Assembly (NCBI GenBank): GCA_009103225.1
Contig: RHPI01002264.1
Location: 99,633-163,632 of the forward strand
Source of the DNA: Chlorokybus atmophyticus
Taxonomy: Eukaryota; Plantae; Mesostigma and Chlorokybus algae
Reading direction: 5' to 3'
DNA: 64,000 nt
A program made the position numbers and the translations under genes. This document shows, in pieces, positions 28,641 to 42,400 of the stretch; positions within the stretch are counted from its first letter, which is position 1; each line of letters opens with the position of its first letter. The notes beneath the pieces were generated by a model. The model saw only the letters and a program-made list of their open reading frames with translations. It made no database searches and was not told the DNA's origin.

Positions 28641-31600
28641 CATGTGAACTGCACGCCATGTCACCTCCCTTGTAAGGGTGACATGGCGCGCAGTTCACCA
28701 TGTTGTCTTTCAACCTCTCGCCATTCTGACCAAGGAGGTCCAGCACTCCTGTGGGGTACACCTTGAGCACCTTGTAAACGGTGCGGCCCACGGAGGTGTC
28801 GAGCGTGTCCTTGGTGGCCGCCATGCGATAGGCAAAGTCCCCTGCTTGAAACCGCCGTTGGCATTCCTTGTGGAAGCCGCTCCGCACACGCTCGTAGCGC
28901 GGGGTGTCGCGGTGCTGTGCAATGCGCAGATTGTTGAAGGCCATCGGGACGGTGTGCTCGAGCGTGGCGCGTGTGGTGATATCGTGGTGCATCCAGCCGG
29001 GATCGTCGAGGTTGTTTACCACACGGTCTACTTCCTGCTGTGCATGAAAGGGAAGCAACGGCGGACGCCCGAACAGCAGAATCGGTAACAAAGATTGCTT
29101 TGACAATCTTGGTTACCTATTGTAAAAGCAGGCGGTTATTGTTATCGCCTGCTTTGACAATCGGTAACGAAGAGCCACCCACGGAAGGTGGTTGCCCAAG
29201 GTGTTCTTCTCATAATTTAGCACGTACTTGCGGAGTGCCTTCTTGATAGTCTGTACTGTCCGCTCGGCGAGACCGTCGGCTTGAAGGTGGTCACGAGAAG
29301 TGCGGCGATGATCGATGTAGCATCTGTCCAGCAGGGTGTCAAGCTCCCCTCTAAACTCAATGCCCTGGTCGGTGATGACCTCAGCGCAGCTGCCGAACCG
29401 GCTGAGGACATGGGAGAGGAAGGCTTGAGACACCCCCCTGCTGCTCTTGTCGGGTAATGGCACCAGCTCCACCCGTTTGAAGAAGTGCTCAATCATGACC
29501 AGGATGTAGCGGTTGCCCCGGGCCGAGGGTGCCAAGTCTCCCAAGATGTCGAGTCCCTAGCTATAAAACAGCCCTGAGATGGGGAGAGGGTGCAAGGTGG
29601 CGCTGCATGTGTTGAGGCTGGCGCGTACCATGTCACATTGTTGGCAGCGACTGACGAACCCCTGCACCTGTTTGGACAGTCCATACCACCAATATTGCGC
29701 CCTTACCAGGCTGATGGTACGCTTGACACCGAAGTGTCCAAGCTCAGTGTGGAGGGCAGCGATGATGCCCTCGCGTGTGGCTAGTGTTGGCACCTCTTTG
29801 TCCTCGTCCTGGACGAGGCGGTACACCTTGTCATCCGCCCACCGATAGTGGCGGGTGCGTTGATTGACACGATCTTTCTCTCGTGTACTCATGTTGGAGG
29901 GAAGCTGGCCACTTTAAAGGAAGGAGAATAATGGCTTGTCCAGCCATATGTCCTGGCTGGTGTCGGTGGGTGCCAGCTCGGGGTCGTCGACTTCGATGTC
30001 GACTGCATCGACGTCCCCTAGGGGTGTGGTCACTGTGGGGTCGGTAGACTGAAGAGCAAAAATCTCCTCTGTCGTTGAGGTGGTGTTGATGTGGCGCCCG
30101 GACCGTAACGCGGCAACAGCAAACATGGCCGTCATGGTGGGAGCTGCTGCTGCGGGGCTGAGCTCATGCCGAGCTCCGGTTGCATTGTTGGTGCTGCGGT
30201 GAGGGTTGCGACTGAGGCCATCAGCGTCCTGGTTGGTGAGGCCGGCGCGGTGGTCGATCTCGAAATCATACTCTTGCAGCAACAGGGCCCAGCGAGCGAG
30301 TTTCCCTGTCAGATGTTGGTTGGTCATCAACCACTTGAGTGGCTGATGATCGGTGATCAGCTGGCATTGTCGACCAAAGAGGAAAGGTCTGAAGAAGGAG
30401 ATAGCCCATACTGCAGCGAGGCACTCCCCCTCGTAGCTGTTGTAGTTGGCCTCAGCGCTATTGTTGCTTCGGCTGGCGTACGACACCACTCGCTCCTTCT
30501 TGTTCTCATCGTGCTGTTTTAGCACAGCCCCCATCCCAAGCTTGCTCCAGTCGGTGTGGAGGATGAAGGGCTTGTTGTAGTCAGGACGTTGCAGAATGGG
30601 AGCGGTGGCGAGCCTGCCCTTTAGCTCCTCAAACATCTGCTGTTGTGGCTCCTTCCACGCAAACTCGTTGAGGGGTCGCGCGATCGTTGCAAAGTCCTTC
30701 ACGAACCGGCGATACTAGTTGGCAAGGCCTAGAATGGTACGCAGGCGTGTAAGGTCTGTTGGAACAGGGATAGCCGACAAAGCCTCCACCTTTGCCTGCT
30801 ATATGTACACACTGTGGGGCACAATCATGTGCCCTAAGTAGGGTACCTTGCGAGTGAAGAAGGTGCACTTGTCGGGGTGCACTGTCATCCCCTTGAGTCT
30901 TTCCAGCACTCCCTCGATGTGTGCAGGTGCTCGTCGTTATTGCAAATGAAGATGAGAATGTCGTCAATGTAGCATAGCGCGAAGTCCAGCCCCTTCAAGG
31001 CTTTGTCCATGACGCGCTGGAACTTGGCAGGAGCGTTTTTTAGTCCGAAGAGCATGACCTTCCACTGATACAGCTGCCGGTTGCCCCAGAAAGAGGTCTT
31101 ATGCTTGTCCTCCTCCTTGATGGCGATCTGGTTGTACCCTTGCCGCATATCCAGGATGCTGAAGACGGTGCAATCCCCTGCATCATCAAAGATACCCTCT
31201 ACAGTAGGCATTGAATACCTGTCTTGTTGTTGAGGGGGTGATAGTCGCCGCACATGCGCCGGTCTGTCCAGTTGCCTGCTGAATCCTTCTTCAGGGGCAT
31301 GACGGTCGCGGCCGCAAAGTCCGATGTGGACTCCTCAATCAGGCCTGCTAGCAGAGCCTTGCACCTCTGCTCCACCAAGTCTTCTAACTTGGAGAGTCGG
31401 TACTGTCGACGAAACACCGATTCGGTGTCCACCAACTCGATGTCCATCTGGTAAACTGAGCAAACGCCTAGTTCCTTTATGCCGAAACTGAACTGACTTC
31501 TCCACTTGTTGAGGAGAGCCTTCAGTTGTTCTCGCGTTTAGCCTGTAGCCAGTGGTCTAATGGCATGGGACCAAGAGGTGGCGTTGGCGACCACTGGGAT

Positions 31601-33203
31601 GTCCTCCACAGTGACTGCTGCCTGCTCCTCCATATGGGCGAATTCGAGGGCAGTGTGTGCCGCTTTGGTCTCTTGCACACAATCGCCCNGGTTGCCCCAA
31701 AAGGAGGTCTTGTGCTTGTCCTCCTCCTTGATGGCAATCTGGTTGTACCCTTGGCGCATGTCCAGGGCGCTGAAGACGGTACAGTCTCCTACATCATTTA
31801 AATATACCTTCTGCCGTAAGCATTGGATACCTGTCTTGCTTGGTTTTGTTGTTGCGGGGGCGGTATTCGCCGCACATACGCCGGTTTGTCCAGTTGCCTG
31901 CTGAATCCTTCTTTAGGGGCATGACGGTTGCGGCCGCCAGGTCCGATGTAGACTCCTCAATCAGGCCTGCATCTAGCAGAGCCTTGCACCTCTGCTCCAC
32001 CAAGTCTTCTTGCAACTTGGAGAATCGATACTATCATCGAAACACCAGTTTGGTGTCCACCAACTCAATGTCCATCTAATAAATTGACCAAACGCCCGGT
32101 TCTTTCACGCTGAAGCTGAATTGACTCCTCCACTTGTTGAGAAGAGCCTCAAGTTATTCTCGCGTCTGGCCTATAGCCAGTGGTATAATGCCATGGGACC
32201 AAAAGGTAGCGTTGGCGACTACTGGGATGTCTTCCATAATGACTGCTGTTTGCTCCTCCATATGGGCGGTATGTGCCGCTTTGGTCTCTTGCACGCAATT
32301 GGCCACCCCCCCGCCAGGTGTTTGAGCTCCTAGAAGGACACATGGCGGTCTTGGAGAGCACAATTCTAATAACCATACCATGCTGTTGTGATCTATGGCG
32401 CGTCTCAACAATTGGCATTGCCGATTGTCGATCAGCGTGGAACCTGTGATACTGCCTGGAGAGAATATTCATGGCGCGTTCGCGCTCACGTGCGTTGGGT
32501 TCCTCTAGCTGGCCTGTGTTGGAATCCAACACCATGCCTGCGCCTTAGTTGCGGAAGGCGTATGATCCCGGCTAAGACACCAGAGTGGGGAGCGCACGAC
32601 GTGGTTGACTAAACCGGTTGCACTGATAGATGTGCTGGTAATTATGTCGGGTGACTGGTTGTGCTGTGCGCTCAGTGCCCAAGATAGCATCAACGGTCAG
32701 ATCGCGTGGACGACTGCTGTATGATACTCAGCATCAAAGATTTCTTCGGCTGTTGCCAGGTTGGTCCACTTGGCGCGGGCGCGATGAGCACGGGAGCCAT
32801 GCCGTGCTGCGTTGATTCTCAAGAGGGAACCGTAAAGTGAGCCGTGGTTTGGTCAGTAGTAGATGTGCGACCACCTGTGCGCGCCAGCGACGTTCCGCCG
32901 ATATGTGATGGGCCACTTCTTCAATGGCATCTTTCTGAGACTCGTCGTATGGGATAAAAGAGTCTTGGTCCGAGTTGTGGGTGACCACCGCAGATGATCT
33001 GTCAGTGGTTGTTGAACCCGACCTGTGGGTGGTTGTTGCAGCTGATCGCCGGTGGGAAAGAGTGCGAGCCACCAGCTCGAGAGGCAGATATCCTTGAACC
33101 TCTCCGTCCTCCTCATCCGAATGAGGACAAAACCATGCCTTCTCTGTCCAGCAGTCCAGCCCCATGCCAACAGGAAATTGAAGTCTTGTCCCAACAACAG
33201 GTC

Positions 33204-33889
33204 TGTAACAGCCTGAACCCTTTTCCATATTTTAGTGCATGTATAATATGTGTTTTACCCTTTTTGGGCTTAATAAAGGATTTTGTAAGGCTTTATTGGG
33301 CCCTTCTGGCGCCGGCTCTACTGCATCGCGACTTCGCCTTCGCCAGCAGCTGCCAACCTGCGACGTGCTTGCCGCCGAGCCAATAGCGACGTGACCGCCG
33401 CGGCATGTGACGTCACACCTGACTAGACTGTGCCAGGTGACGCGGACTTCGCAGTCAGCTACCTGCTGTGCAGTACCTCACGACGCGGAGTGCACAGTCA
33501 GCTGCCGCGTGAAAGGTACCCGACGCGAGGGGCAGCAGCCTGCACTCATATATTCCTTTAGACTTGGTAAATCATGAACAAAATGCCTGGTTATTAACCT
33601 GCTTAGTTTTGATGCTGGCATAAATAGGAAATCCCTGTGTAATACAACCAACTTTGCTTTTTGCTCTCTGCTGTGAGTATACTGGTGTATGCTTGAGAGA
33701 GGCGTGATGCAAGGCACACTGCTGCATTCTTGCTTGGTGTGAGAAGTAGTAGTGTTCGTGTGCGTGTGCGCGCTCAATGCATGCGTATGCGCAAGGGAAG
33801 GCAAGGTTCCGGTGTGAAGACTGTGCTCAGTGTGCACACATGTGTTATATGACTTGTGTTCTGTGTATGTGAGCACGAGCATCGTTACA
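33204..33889 (+). repeat. 5' LTR of element C
   Basis: TGTAACAGCC...CATCGTTACA. About 96% identical to 38712-39405 by manual alignment (about 25 substitutions and 2 indels, many at CpG). Confidence 0.97.
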
Positions 33890-33976
33890 GTGGTATCGGA
33901 GCCCTTTGAGTGGATGGCTTTCTTGTTTTAAGGGGATATTGACTATCTCTTTGGTGTGTGAGGTATTTTTTTGTTT

Positions 33977-35022
33977 ATGGACGCTACCATGGATGATGCA
34001 CGTGTTGTGGAGCTTTAGCAAGTGCTGGTGGCTGCTCATGAGGAGCTGCGACGTGTCCAAGCATCTGCCCAAGCTCAAGCGGCACAATTTCAACAAGCCA
34101 TGGCACAAGCTCGCGCGTCCACGTCCGTTACAGTACTGTGGTTGCTCCATCAGCCTCTCGTTATGTGAAGCTACCAAAACCAAAGTCATTCAAGGGTCAA
34201 AGGGACGGTGACTGTGTCGAGGATTGGGTGTTTGCCGTTTCGACATGGTTGAAGCTCACCGAGGTACCCATACATCTCCGTGTCGATGTGAATGCTACTT
34301 TCTTTGAGGGAGCTGCACTTGTGTGGTGGCGTCATCGTTGTGCTCATGTGGAAGCTGGTCTTGAGGTTCCTTTCACTACCGTGGCTGAGCTGGCTGCTGA
34401 GGTAAAGAAACATTTTGTACCGGTGGAGAGTGTGAGGACGGCACGCGACCAGCTCTCTACGCTTGTGCAATCGCAGTGCGTGATGGCCTATACCTCTGCG
34501 TTTCAGCGTCTTGTGCTCTCCGTACCCAACATGACTGAGGAGGAGCAGCTAGACCGCTACACGCGTGGGTTGAAGACTCTTTGTCGCAAGGAAGTTGAGC
34601 TTCGTGACGCGTAGCCTCTCGCGGAGGCCATTCGCATCGCCGAGCGTACGGACGTGTTGTACTTCAAGGGCACTGCCAAATACGCTGATCGTGGACACTT
34701 CAATCAATCTCGTGGAGGTTCGTATCGCTCGTACGCATCTGTTGGGGCTGGTTCGGGAGCTGTAGCAGCTCATGGGGCTGGCTCGGGGCCAATTCCAATG
34801 GAGTTGGGTGCTCTCCATGTCTCCAAGAAGGGGACAAGGGGTCGAGAAGATTCCAAGGCAGTTCGGAAGTGTTGGGAGTGCTCTTCCGCTGATCATGTGC
34901 GCTCTAGCTGCCCCATCTTCAAAGCAAAGTCTGCTGCACATGCCCGCAACGCTCGCGGCGGTGGACGCGTGAACATGGTGGAGGAGGATATGTTACAGCC
35001 GGGAAACGGCTCACCTCAGTAA
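33977..35022 (+). pseudogene. gag of element C (frameshift and premature stops)
   Basis: KLPKPKSFKG..WVF, LVQSQCVMAYTSAF..EEQLDRYTRGL, PIPMELG, zinc knuckle CWECSSADHVRSSC. TAG at 34016 and 34612, frameshift near 34135. Confidence 0.88.
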
Positions 35023-35127
35023 CTGAAGCGGCTCTTGCTGGGGTGGTGATGCAGCCTCACTATGATGTTGAAGGTCCAGCGGCTGGCGTGGAAGCATTGT
35101 TGACGGCTGGCAGCAACGCAAAGCGGT

Positions 35128-38100
35128 ATGGTTCGTGTGCCCGACAAGGTGAGGCAGCTGTTTGGAGTCATGGCTCTGATCCGGGAGGGCAATGGGCCTT
35201 GGATGGAGTGTAAGATGCTAGTGGATTGCGGCGCGAACAGCAACTTTATGAGTCGTGAGGTTGCGCGTCGGCACAAGTGGCTGTCATGGGCAAATGCTGG
35301 CTCGGTGGCTCTAGCGGACGACTATGCGCCAGTAGGAGGAGCTTCTAAGCAAAGCAAAGAGCTTGAGATGCACGTGGGGATGATGAAGGATTGCCTACGC
35401 TTTTGCTGCATCGAGCTGAACAATGGCTTTGATGGCATTTTGGGGCTACCTTGGCTTTGGACACATAACCCCGCCATTGATTGGAGGAAGCGCGTGCTCG
35501 CTGCCCCGGAAGCTGGTGGTGAGGTTTTAGTGTGCTTCTTAATGCTTTAATGCAAGGCGAGTGTGTGGTTCAAGAGCGTGTCAGCTGCGTCGAGGCTGCT
35601 AGCAATGTGCTGCATACGCGTGACGCGCACGACACGAAGGCGCGCCAGCAAGCTGCACCACAACATGCTTCTAGCTCAAGGGGAGAGGTTCCGGAGCTGG
35701 TGTCACGAGTTTTTAAGACCGAGATGGAGCAGATCTGGTCCGGGAACGACGTGAAGGATGCATGGCTGTGCATGGTGCGTGAGACACCTCCCAAGTTGGA
35801 CTTGGAGCTGGTCGGCACTGTTTCGGAGAGTTTGGAGGACCCCGAGGTGCAGAAGTTGCTTAAGGAGTTCAAAGACGTCATGGTGGATGGGCTACCAGCT
35901 GGTCTGCCACCCACGCGAAGTGTTGATCACCGTGTGGAGCTGATAGAGGGCGTGCACAAGCCGCCGTACAGACCGGTGTACGGATTGTCTCCGGCTGAGC
36001 TCAAAGAGGCGAGGAACCAAGTCGAGGACCTTCTACAATGTGAGTACATCAGGCACAGCAAGTCTTCTTACGGTGCACCTATCCTATTTGTACGTAAGAA
36101 GAGCGGAGCCTTGCGCATGTGCATCGACTATCGGCCACTCAACAACATCACCAAGAAGAATGTGTTCCCTGTGCCACGCATTGATGAGTTGTTGGAGCAG
36201 CTCGAGGGTGCCGAGTTCTTCTCAAGCTTGGACCTAGCTGATGGCTACCACCAGATCCGTGTTGCACCTGAAGACGTTGAGAAGACGGCTTTCAACACTC
36301 GCTACGGCCACCACGAGTGGTTGGTGATGTTCCTTGGCATGACAAACGCTCCGGCAACCTTTCAAACCTTGATGAATGAGGTCTTTGCTGATCTGATCGG
36401 CAAGGGTGTGCTAGTGTACCTCGACAACATCCTTGTGGTTACAAAGAGCAAGAGGGAGCACGCGGGGTTGCTACGCAAGGTGATGCAGCGTTTACGTCTA
36501 CACAAGTTGTTTGCTCAGCTCAACAAGTGCCGCTTCTTGCTTGAGGAGGTAAAGTACCTTGGCCACATTGTATCCAAGCAAGGCATTAAGGCGGACCCGA
36601 ACAAGATTGCCGCGATGCGCAATTGGGCTACTCCGAAGGATGTGAAGGGGGTCATGTCGTTCCTAGGGCTTGCCGGCTACTATCGCAAGTTTGTGAAGGG
36701 CTTCTCGCACTTGGCGGCACCATTAACGGCGTTGATAAGAAAGGGGGTGGCTTGGAGCTGGTCGGAGGCTGCAACAAAGGCATTTTCTGACTTGAAAGTG
36801 GCCCTAACAACGGCTCCCGTGCTGCAGCATCCCAACATGCAATTGCCCTTCGTGGTGGCGTGCGATGCGTCCGACAAGGCCATTGGGGCAGTTTTGCAGC
36901 AAGATCACGGCAACGGTTTGCAACCGGTGGCCTATTTCAGCAAGAAGATGAGCGGATCTGAGCTCAATTACCCCATTCATGAGAAGGAATTGTTGGCGCA
37001 GGTGCTAGCACTACGGCAATGGCGTTGTTTCCTTTAAGGCAAGCGCTTCACACTTGAAACGGACCACTCGCCATTGAGGTACCTTCAACCCAGCCTCATC
37101 TCTCGCGTCGGCAAGCTCGTTGGCTTGAGTGCTTCCAACTCCTTGACTTTGAAGTGAAGTACAAGCCCGGCTGTTCAAACCAGGTGGCGGACGCGTTGAG
37201 TCGCCAACTCAATGCGCTCGAAACGGTGGTGCAAGTGCAGCCCGCGTGGTTAGATCAGATCCGAGCCTTGTTGCACGAGGACGCGGTAGGTGAAAAGACT
37301 ATCAAGGCGCTGGAGAATGGGTCTGAGCATAGTGGCCTTTGGGCATTGAAGGAGGGGCTGCTATGGCATGGCGATCGCATGTACATACCCAACATTGCGC
37401 ATATGCGCGTAGCATTGATGCGAGAAGCGCATGACGTGCCAATGGCTAGTCATCAAGGGCTGGAACGGACGTTGGCCTTGTTGAAACAGAGATTTTTTTG
37501 GTCGGAGATGCATCGTGATGTTAAAGACTATGTGGCATTGTGCGACACTTGTCAAAGGGTGAAGGCGAGCAATCAACGCACCAGCGGGCTGCTCCAACCA
37601 TTGCCGATACCTTTGACGAAGTGGGAGCAAGTTACTCTCGACTTCATTACGGGGCTGCCACGTACACGCGAAGGGCATGATGCTATCTTGGTGTTTGTGG
37701 ACAAGACCAGCAAAATGGTGCGATTGGCGCCATGTACGGAGACTTGCACGGCTCCTGAGGCTGCCAAGTTGTTCATCAAGCATGTGGTGCGGTCTCATGG
37801 CCTTCCAAGGAGCATTGTAAGTGATCGAGACCCGCGCTTGACTGGCAACTTTTGGAGAGCTCTCCACTCAGCTCTAGGCACGAGCTTGAAGTTCAGCACC
37901 GCGTACCACCCCGAAACGGACGGCCAAACTGAGCGCGCCAACCGCGTGATTGAGGACATGTTACGGTGCTATGTGAACAGCCGTCAAGACAATTGGGGAG
38001 ACATGCTGGAGCTGACCGAGTTTACCATCAACAACCACAAAAGTGCAAGCACGGGCGTGACACCTTTCCTCCTGAACTACGGGCAACATCCTTTGACGCC

Positions 38101-38716
38101 ATTGACGGCGTGGGTGCCTAGCATGCAAAGCTCCAACGTAGAGGCCGAGGATGGCTTTCTTGTGAGGTGTGCAGACATTACCAAGGCAGCTGGTGAGGCT
38201 CTAATCATGGCACAAAACAGGCAAAAGCAATACGCCGATGCACATCGCAAGCATGTTATCTTTTCGGAGGGTGATTGTGTGATGCTCTCTACGAAGCATG
38301 TGCAGCTGGTCACAGGTGTGCGCAAGCTGAGTGAGCAATGGTTGGGGCCTTTCAATGTAATCAAGGTCATCTCAGAGGTAGCGTACAAGCTGGAGCTGCC
38401 CGATACCATGCACGTGCACACCGATTTTCATGTCTCGCTCCTTAAAGCTTACAAGGGGGAGCCGCCACCTCCCCCGCCTCCGGATTTAGTTCGTGAGGGT
38501 CAAGCTGAGTGGGAGGTGGAGGCAATTGTCAGTGATAAGCTGGTGGGAGGTGTGCGCAAGTATTTGGTAAAGTGGCGCGGCTATCCCATGCACGAGGCAA
38601 CGTACGAACCCGAGGAGAGTTTCACCAACGCCGAACAGATTTTGCAGGAGTACAAGGCCAAGGGAGGCACTCGTTAGCTTCGAGGGCGAAGCTTCCCCAG
38701 AGGGGAAGGGGTGTAA
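35128..38716 (+). pseudogene. pol of element C (protease, RT, RNaseH, integrase, chromodomain), several lesions
   Basis: LVDCGANSNF, LDLADGYHQI, YLDNILV, CDASDKAIG, HDVPMASH..CDTC, AYHPETDGQTER, and chromodomain EWEVEAIV..YLVKWRGY..ATYEP. Frameshifts near 35540 and 37090; stops at 37035 and 38675. Confidence 0.92.
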
Positions 38717-39405
38717 CAGCCTGGACCCTTTTCCATATTTTAGTGCATGTATAATATGTGTTTTACCCTTTTCTGGCTTAATAAAGGGTTTTGTAAGGCT
38801 TTATTGGGCCCTTCTGGCGCCGGCTCTACTGCAGCGCGCGACTTCGCCTTTGCCAGCAGCTGCCAACATGCGACGTGCTTGCCGCCGAGCCAATAGCGAC
38901 GTGACTGCCGCGGCATGTGACATCACACCTGACTGGACTGTGCCAGGTGACGCGGACTTCGCAGTCAGCTACCTGCTGTGCAGTACCTCACGACGCGGAG
39001 TGCACAGTCAGCTGCCGCGTGAAAGGTACCCGACGCGAGGGGCAGCAGCCTGCACTCATATATTCCTTTAGACTTGGTAAATCATGAACAAAATGCCTGG
39101 TTATTAACCTGCTTAGTTTTGGTGCTGGCATAAATAGGACAACCCTGTGTAATACAACCAACTTTGCTTTCTGCTCTCTGCTGCGAGTATACTGGTGTAT
39201 GCTTGAGAGAGGCGTGATCCAAGGCACACAGCTGCGTTCTTGCTTGGTGTGAGAAGTAGTAGTGTTTGTGTGCGTGTGCGCGTGCGCGCTCAACGCATGC
39301 GTATGCGTGAGGGAAGGCAAGGTTCCGGTGTGAAGACTGTGCTCAGTGTGCACACATGTGTTGTATGACTTGTGTGCTGTGTATGTGAGCACGAGCATCG
39401 TTACA
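38712..39405 (+). repeat. 3' LTR of element C
   Basis: Direct repeat of 33204-33889, preceded by the PPT and followed by the TSD. Confidence 0.97.
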
Positions 39406-42400
39406 AGGTCGAAGGATCCTGCGTCGGTGACCACACATTTTTGTATGACCTCGCTGCTGTGGGACGGGTCCACTCCTGTCAAGCGAATGCAGAGGGCTTG
39501 CTTGGTGATGCCAATCACCTTGTCACGGCTGCCGGTTTTAGTGTCGAGTACGTATGGGCACGGTATCAGCTTAGCACTGATGATGCTAAGGCCGCGCGCG
39601 AGATAACGTCCGATAATGACAGGCTGGGCTCCAAAGTCCAGCATCATCCCCCTTGGGTGCTTGTCCATTGATAGTGACATGCTTGCCTTGGTTGGCGATC
39701 ATGGTTGCGTTGGCGTGGATGCGCAGCCGCTTGAATCGTCCGCGTGTGCGTTGGGTGTCTGCTGCTGCAGTCTCCTTCGGTGGTGTTAAGCGCAGTGCGG
39801 CAAGCGCCCCTCGATCGACTGGGTCTTGAGCACCTCCTTGACCGCGGCCTGGCCCGAACCGTCCTTGTCTTTGCTGTTGATAAACACGCTGTGGCCTGGG
39901 TGCTGGCCAGGCTGCCCTGGTTACGGCGCAGGGGGATTGCGCCTCTGTGTGTCCGGGGTCATGGCTGACTGCGTAGCCAGTGGCTGTTGGGGAAACCCTC
40001 GAGGACCGGGTGTCTGTGGGCCCGCCTCTCGTGCAGCCTGTTCTTCCACATAAGTCCAGCGTACTGCATGAGTTGCCTCCCTGACCAGTGTACCTTCCCA
40101 TGTGGCTGTTGGGTTGTTGACCACGTCACTCCAGCGGTGATTCTCAGGCGTGGGCTGGAGATACACTGCGCGCAGGAGGAGGCCGCGCTCTCATGTTGTG
40201 GGTGATGGTGGGAACCCTTAGGATCCCTGCCATGTAGGCATCCCATCTACCATTGACCACTCCCACTTCCAACACCGTTGTTGCTCGCGCCCGCATAGTG
40301 AGGTAAATCTCTGGCTGTTGGACATGCTGCTCGTAAGCAGCTGCGATGCGTCTGCGTTGCCGCGCTGCTTCCACCCCTGGCAACCTCAGTATGGCCTCTT
40401 GTGCTCCTTGTAAAGTGTTAGTGGTTGCCGAGGCAACCTCGTCATAGGCTTGCCGTAGCGAGCGCAAGAAGGCGTCCAACCCGAACAATCTAGTGCCGAA
40501 TGCAAACAGGGGGACTGCGGGGTGATTGGTGACTACCCAAGTCACCAGCCTTGCTCGAACTGCATTACCACCTTCTCGCATCCCCAACATCCGTCTCAGG
40601 CCGATGCCTTCTTGTCGGTGCAGCATGGTTGCTCGTCGCAACAAGGCAGTGCGAAGTTGCTGTTCCCCGATTGAACCTGCTCCATCTCGTTGTGTTCACC
40701 CTTGCGGTGTGAGGTAGCCTCTCCCTGGATTCCGTTGATCTTCAGGCAAGTCTTCCAACAAGGAGGGTAGCAGCGGGGCGATCACCCCCCTGGTTTGTTG
40801 GGCCAGCGCCCTCGTCGGGTCAATATCGGGCCCACCTACGAGAGGTGTCGTACTAGATGATGGTCTAGCGACTGTGGGTTGAAACGAAACGAAACGAAAC
40901 GCCAGCGCGAGCATTGACAAGAGCATGCGCTCTTGCGTCGCCAGGTGAACGCCTGTTCCAGCGCGGTGTAGCGCTCATAAAGTCGAACGGTATTGAGGGG
41001 CCTCAGTGCTTTATTGTCAACCAGACGCATATCGACTGTATCAGCGATGTGCTGCTGTACGTTGAGGTGGGGGTGCCGGTCCCAATACGTGTCCAGTAGG
41101 CTGGGCTTAAAGGGTTCATGACGGACTGGTGCGGGTTGGCGCCGTCTGCATGTCGTTATGCAGAGTCTAAAACAACGGTAGTGCCAACTCCAATACAACA
41201 GGTGTTCTGACTATAAAGACACGGTCTTGTTTGGGAGGCGCTGTACCGGCGAGGATTTCATCCTCCAGTTGCCGCTAAGTTTGTTCTGGCAGCGTGTGAT
41301 ATTCAGGCAGTGGGAAGACTCGGTCACTACGTTCAACGCGTGTTGTGCGCTTCCCTCCGCGCCCAACTAAAAGCAATGGTAGTGGGATCTGCTCCACGCA
41401 TGATGGTCTCCCAAGCACGCTCAGCTTGCTGACCTCGTGGGACAGCTTGAGTGACGTCGAGGGCGGGCAATGTAGCTGCGCGTGTCACTGCAGTGGCAGC
41501 AGGTTCGACAATGGCACTGCCGGTGGTGGCGAGAGTGCCGCTCAATGGTGCGAGGGTGGTCTCAACGCTAGCTGACACAAATGGCTCTGCAGTTGGAGCG
41601 GACCGGCGCGACCTAATGCTGCAGGGTCGGTGACAGCAGTGGCTGTTGCCAGCGTGTTCACCAGTGGTGGCGTTACGGTGCTCACTGGTATAGCAACTTC
41701 TGGTAAAATTGGAGCAGCTGCTGTTGACATTGACGGAGTCGACATCGTAGCCGGTGTAACTGTTGCTGCTGGTGCAGTACCACTGAATGGCTTCAGAGGA
41801 GGTGGCTGCTGACGATGTTGCGGCTTCCCCTCGATCTCGTCGGGATGGTTGGATACGCGTCGGAGTGCTGGTGTCTCTCGTGCACTTTGGAGCCATCGGT
41901 GCCCATCGGGCAGAGTAACAGGCGCGGTAGTTCTGCTCCTTGTCTTCCTCCAAGCGTGCCATACGCGCCATGAGGGCAGCCATATGGTCATTAGCTGGCG
42001 GGTTGGCTGGAACCTTCGCGGCAACAGCAGCAGCGCGCGGACGTCCTTGCAGTCCCTTATGCTGAGGAGGGCGATTCTTCCCCTGTAGCCTTGCTCTTCC
42101 TTGTAAGTGTTGGGGTAGTTGTTGGTGTTGTTATGGCCTCCAGTGTGATTGCTGTTGTAGCCACCAGAGTTGTTGCCGTTGAGGCCTTCAGTGTTGTTGC
42201 TATTGTAGCCATTAGAGTTGTTGCCGTTGTGGCCTCCAGTGCTGTTGCTGTTGTAGCCACCAGAAAGGTTGCTGTTGTGGCTGTTGACGGGTTTCAACTC
42301 AGGGAACTTGAGCCAGCAAACTAACTCTAAGTGGCCTGTCTTGTGACAGTAGTCGCCAGACCAAAGTTGAGTACTCTTCGGTGCACTTCTTTTGGTAGTG

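Larger units (their letters stand above)
33204..39405 (+). mobile_element. Full-length Ty3/Gypsy chromovirus element C (6.2 kb) with 5-bp TSD AGGTC
   Basis: Two LTRs bounded by TG...CA (33204-33889, 38712-39405). AGGTC at 33199-33203 and 39406-39410. PBS TGGTATCGGAGCC at 33891 (initiator-Met type). PPT AGAGGGGAAGGGG at 38699-38711. Order is gag-PR-RT-RH-IN-chromodomain. Confidence 0.97.

Noticed and set aside
31200-32300. Tandem duplication of the RT N-terminal region in element B
   Set aside because: The junction sits on a single N (about 31689), so it may be a scaffold join of two family copies; it cannot be treated as biology without reads.
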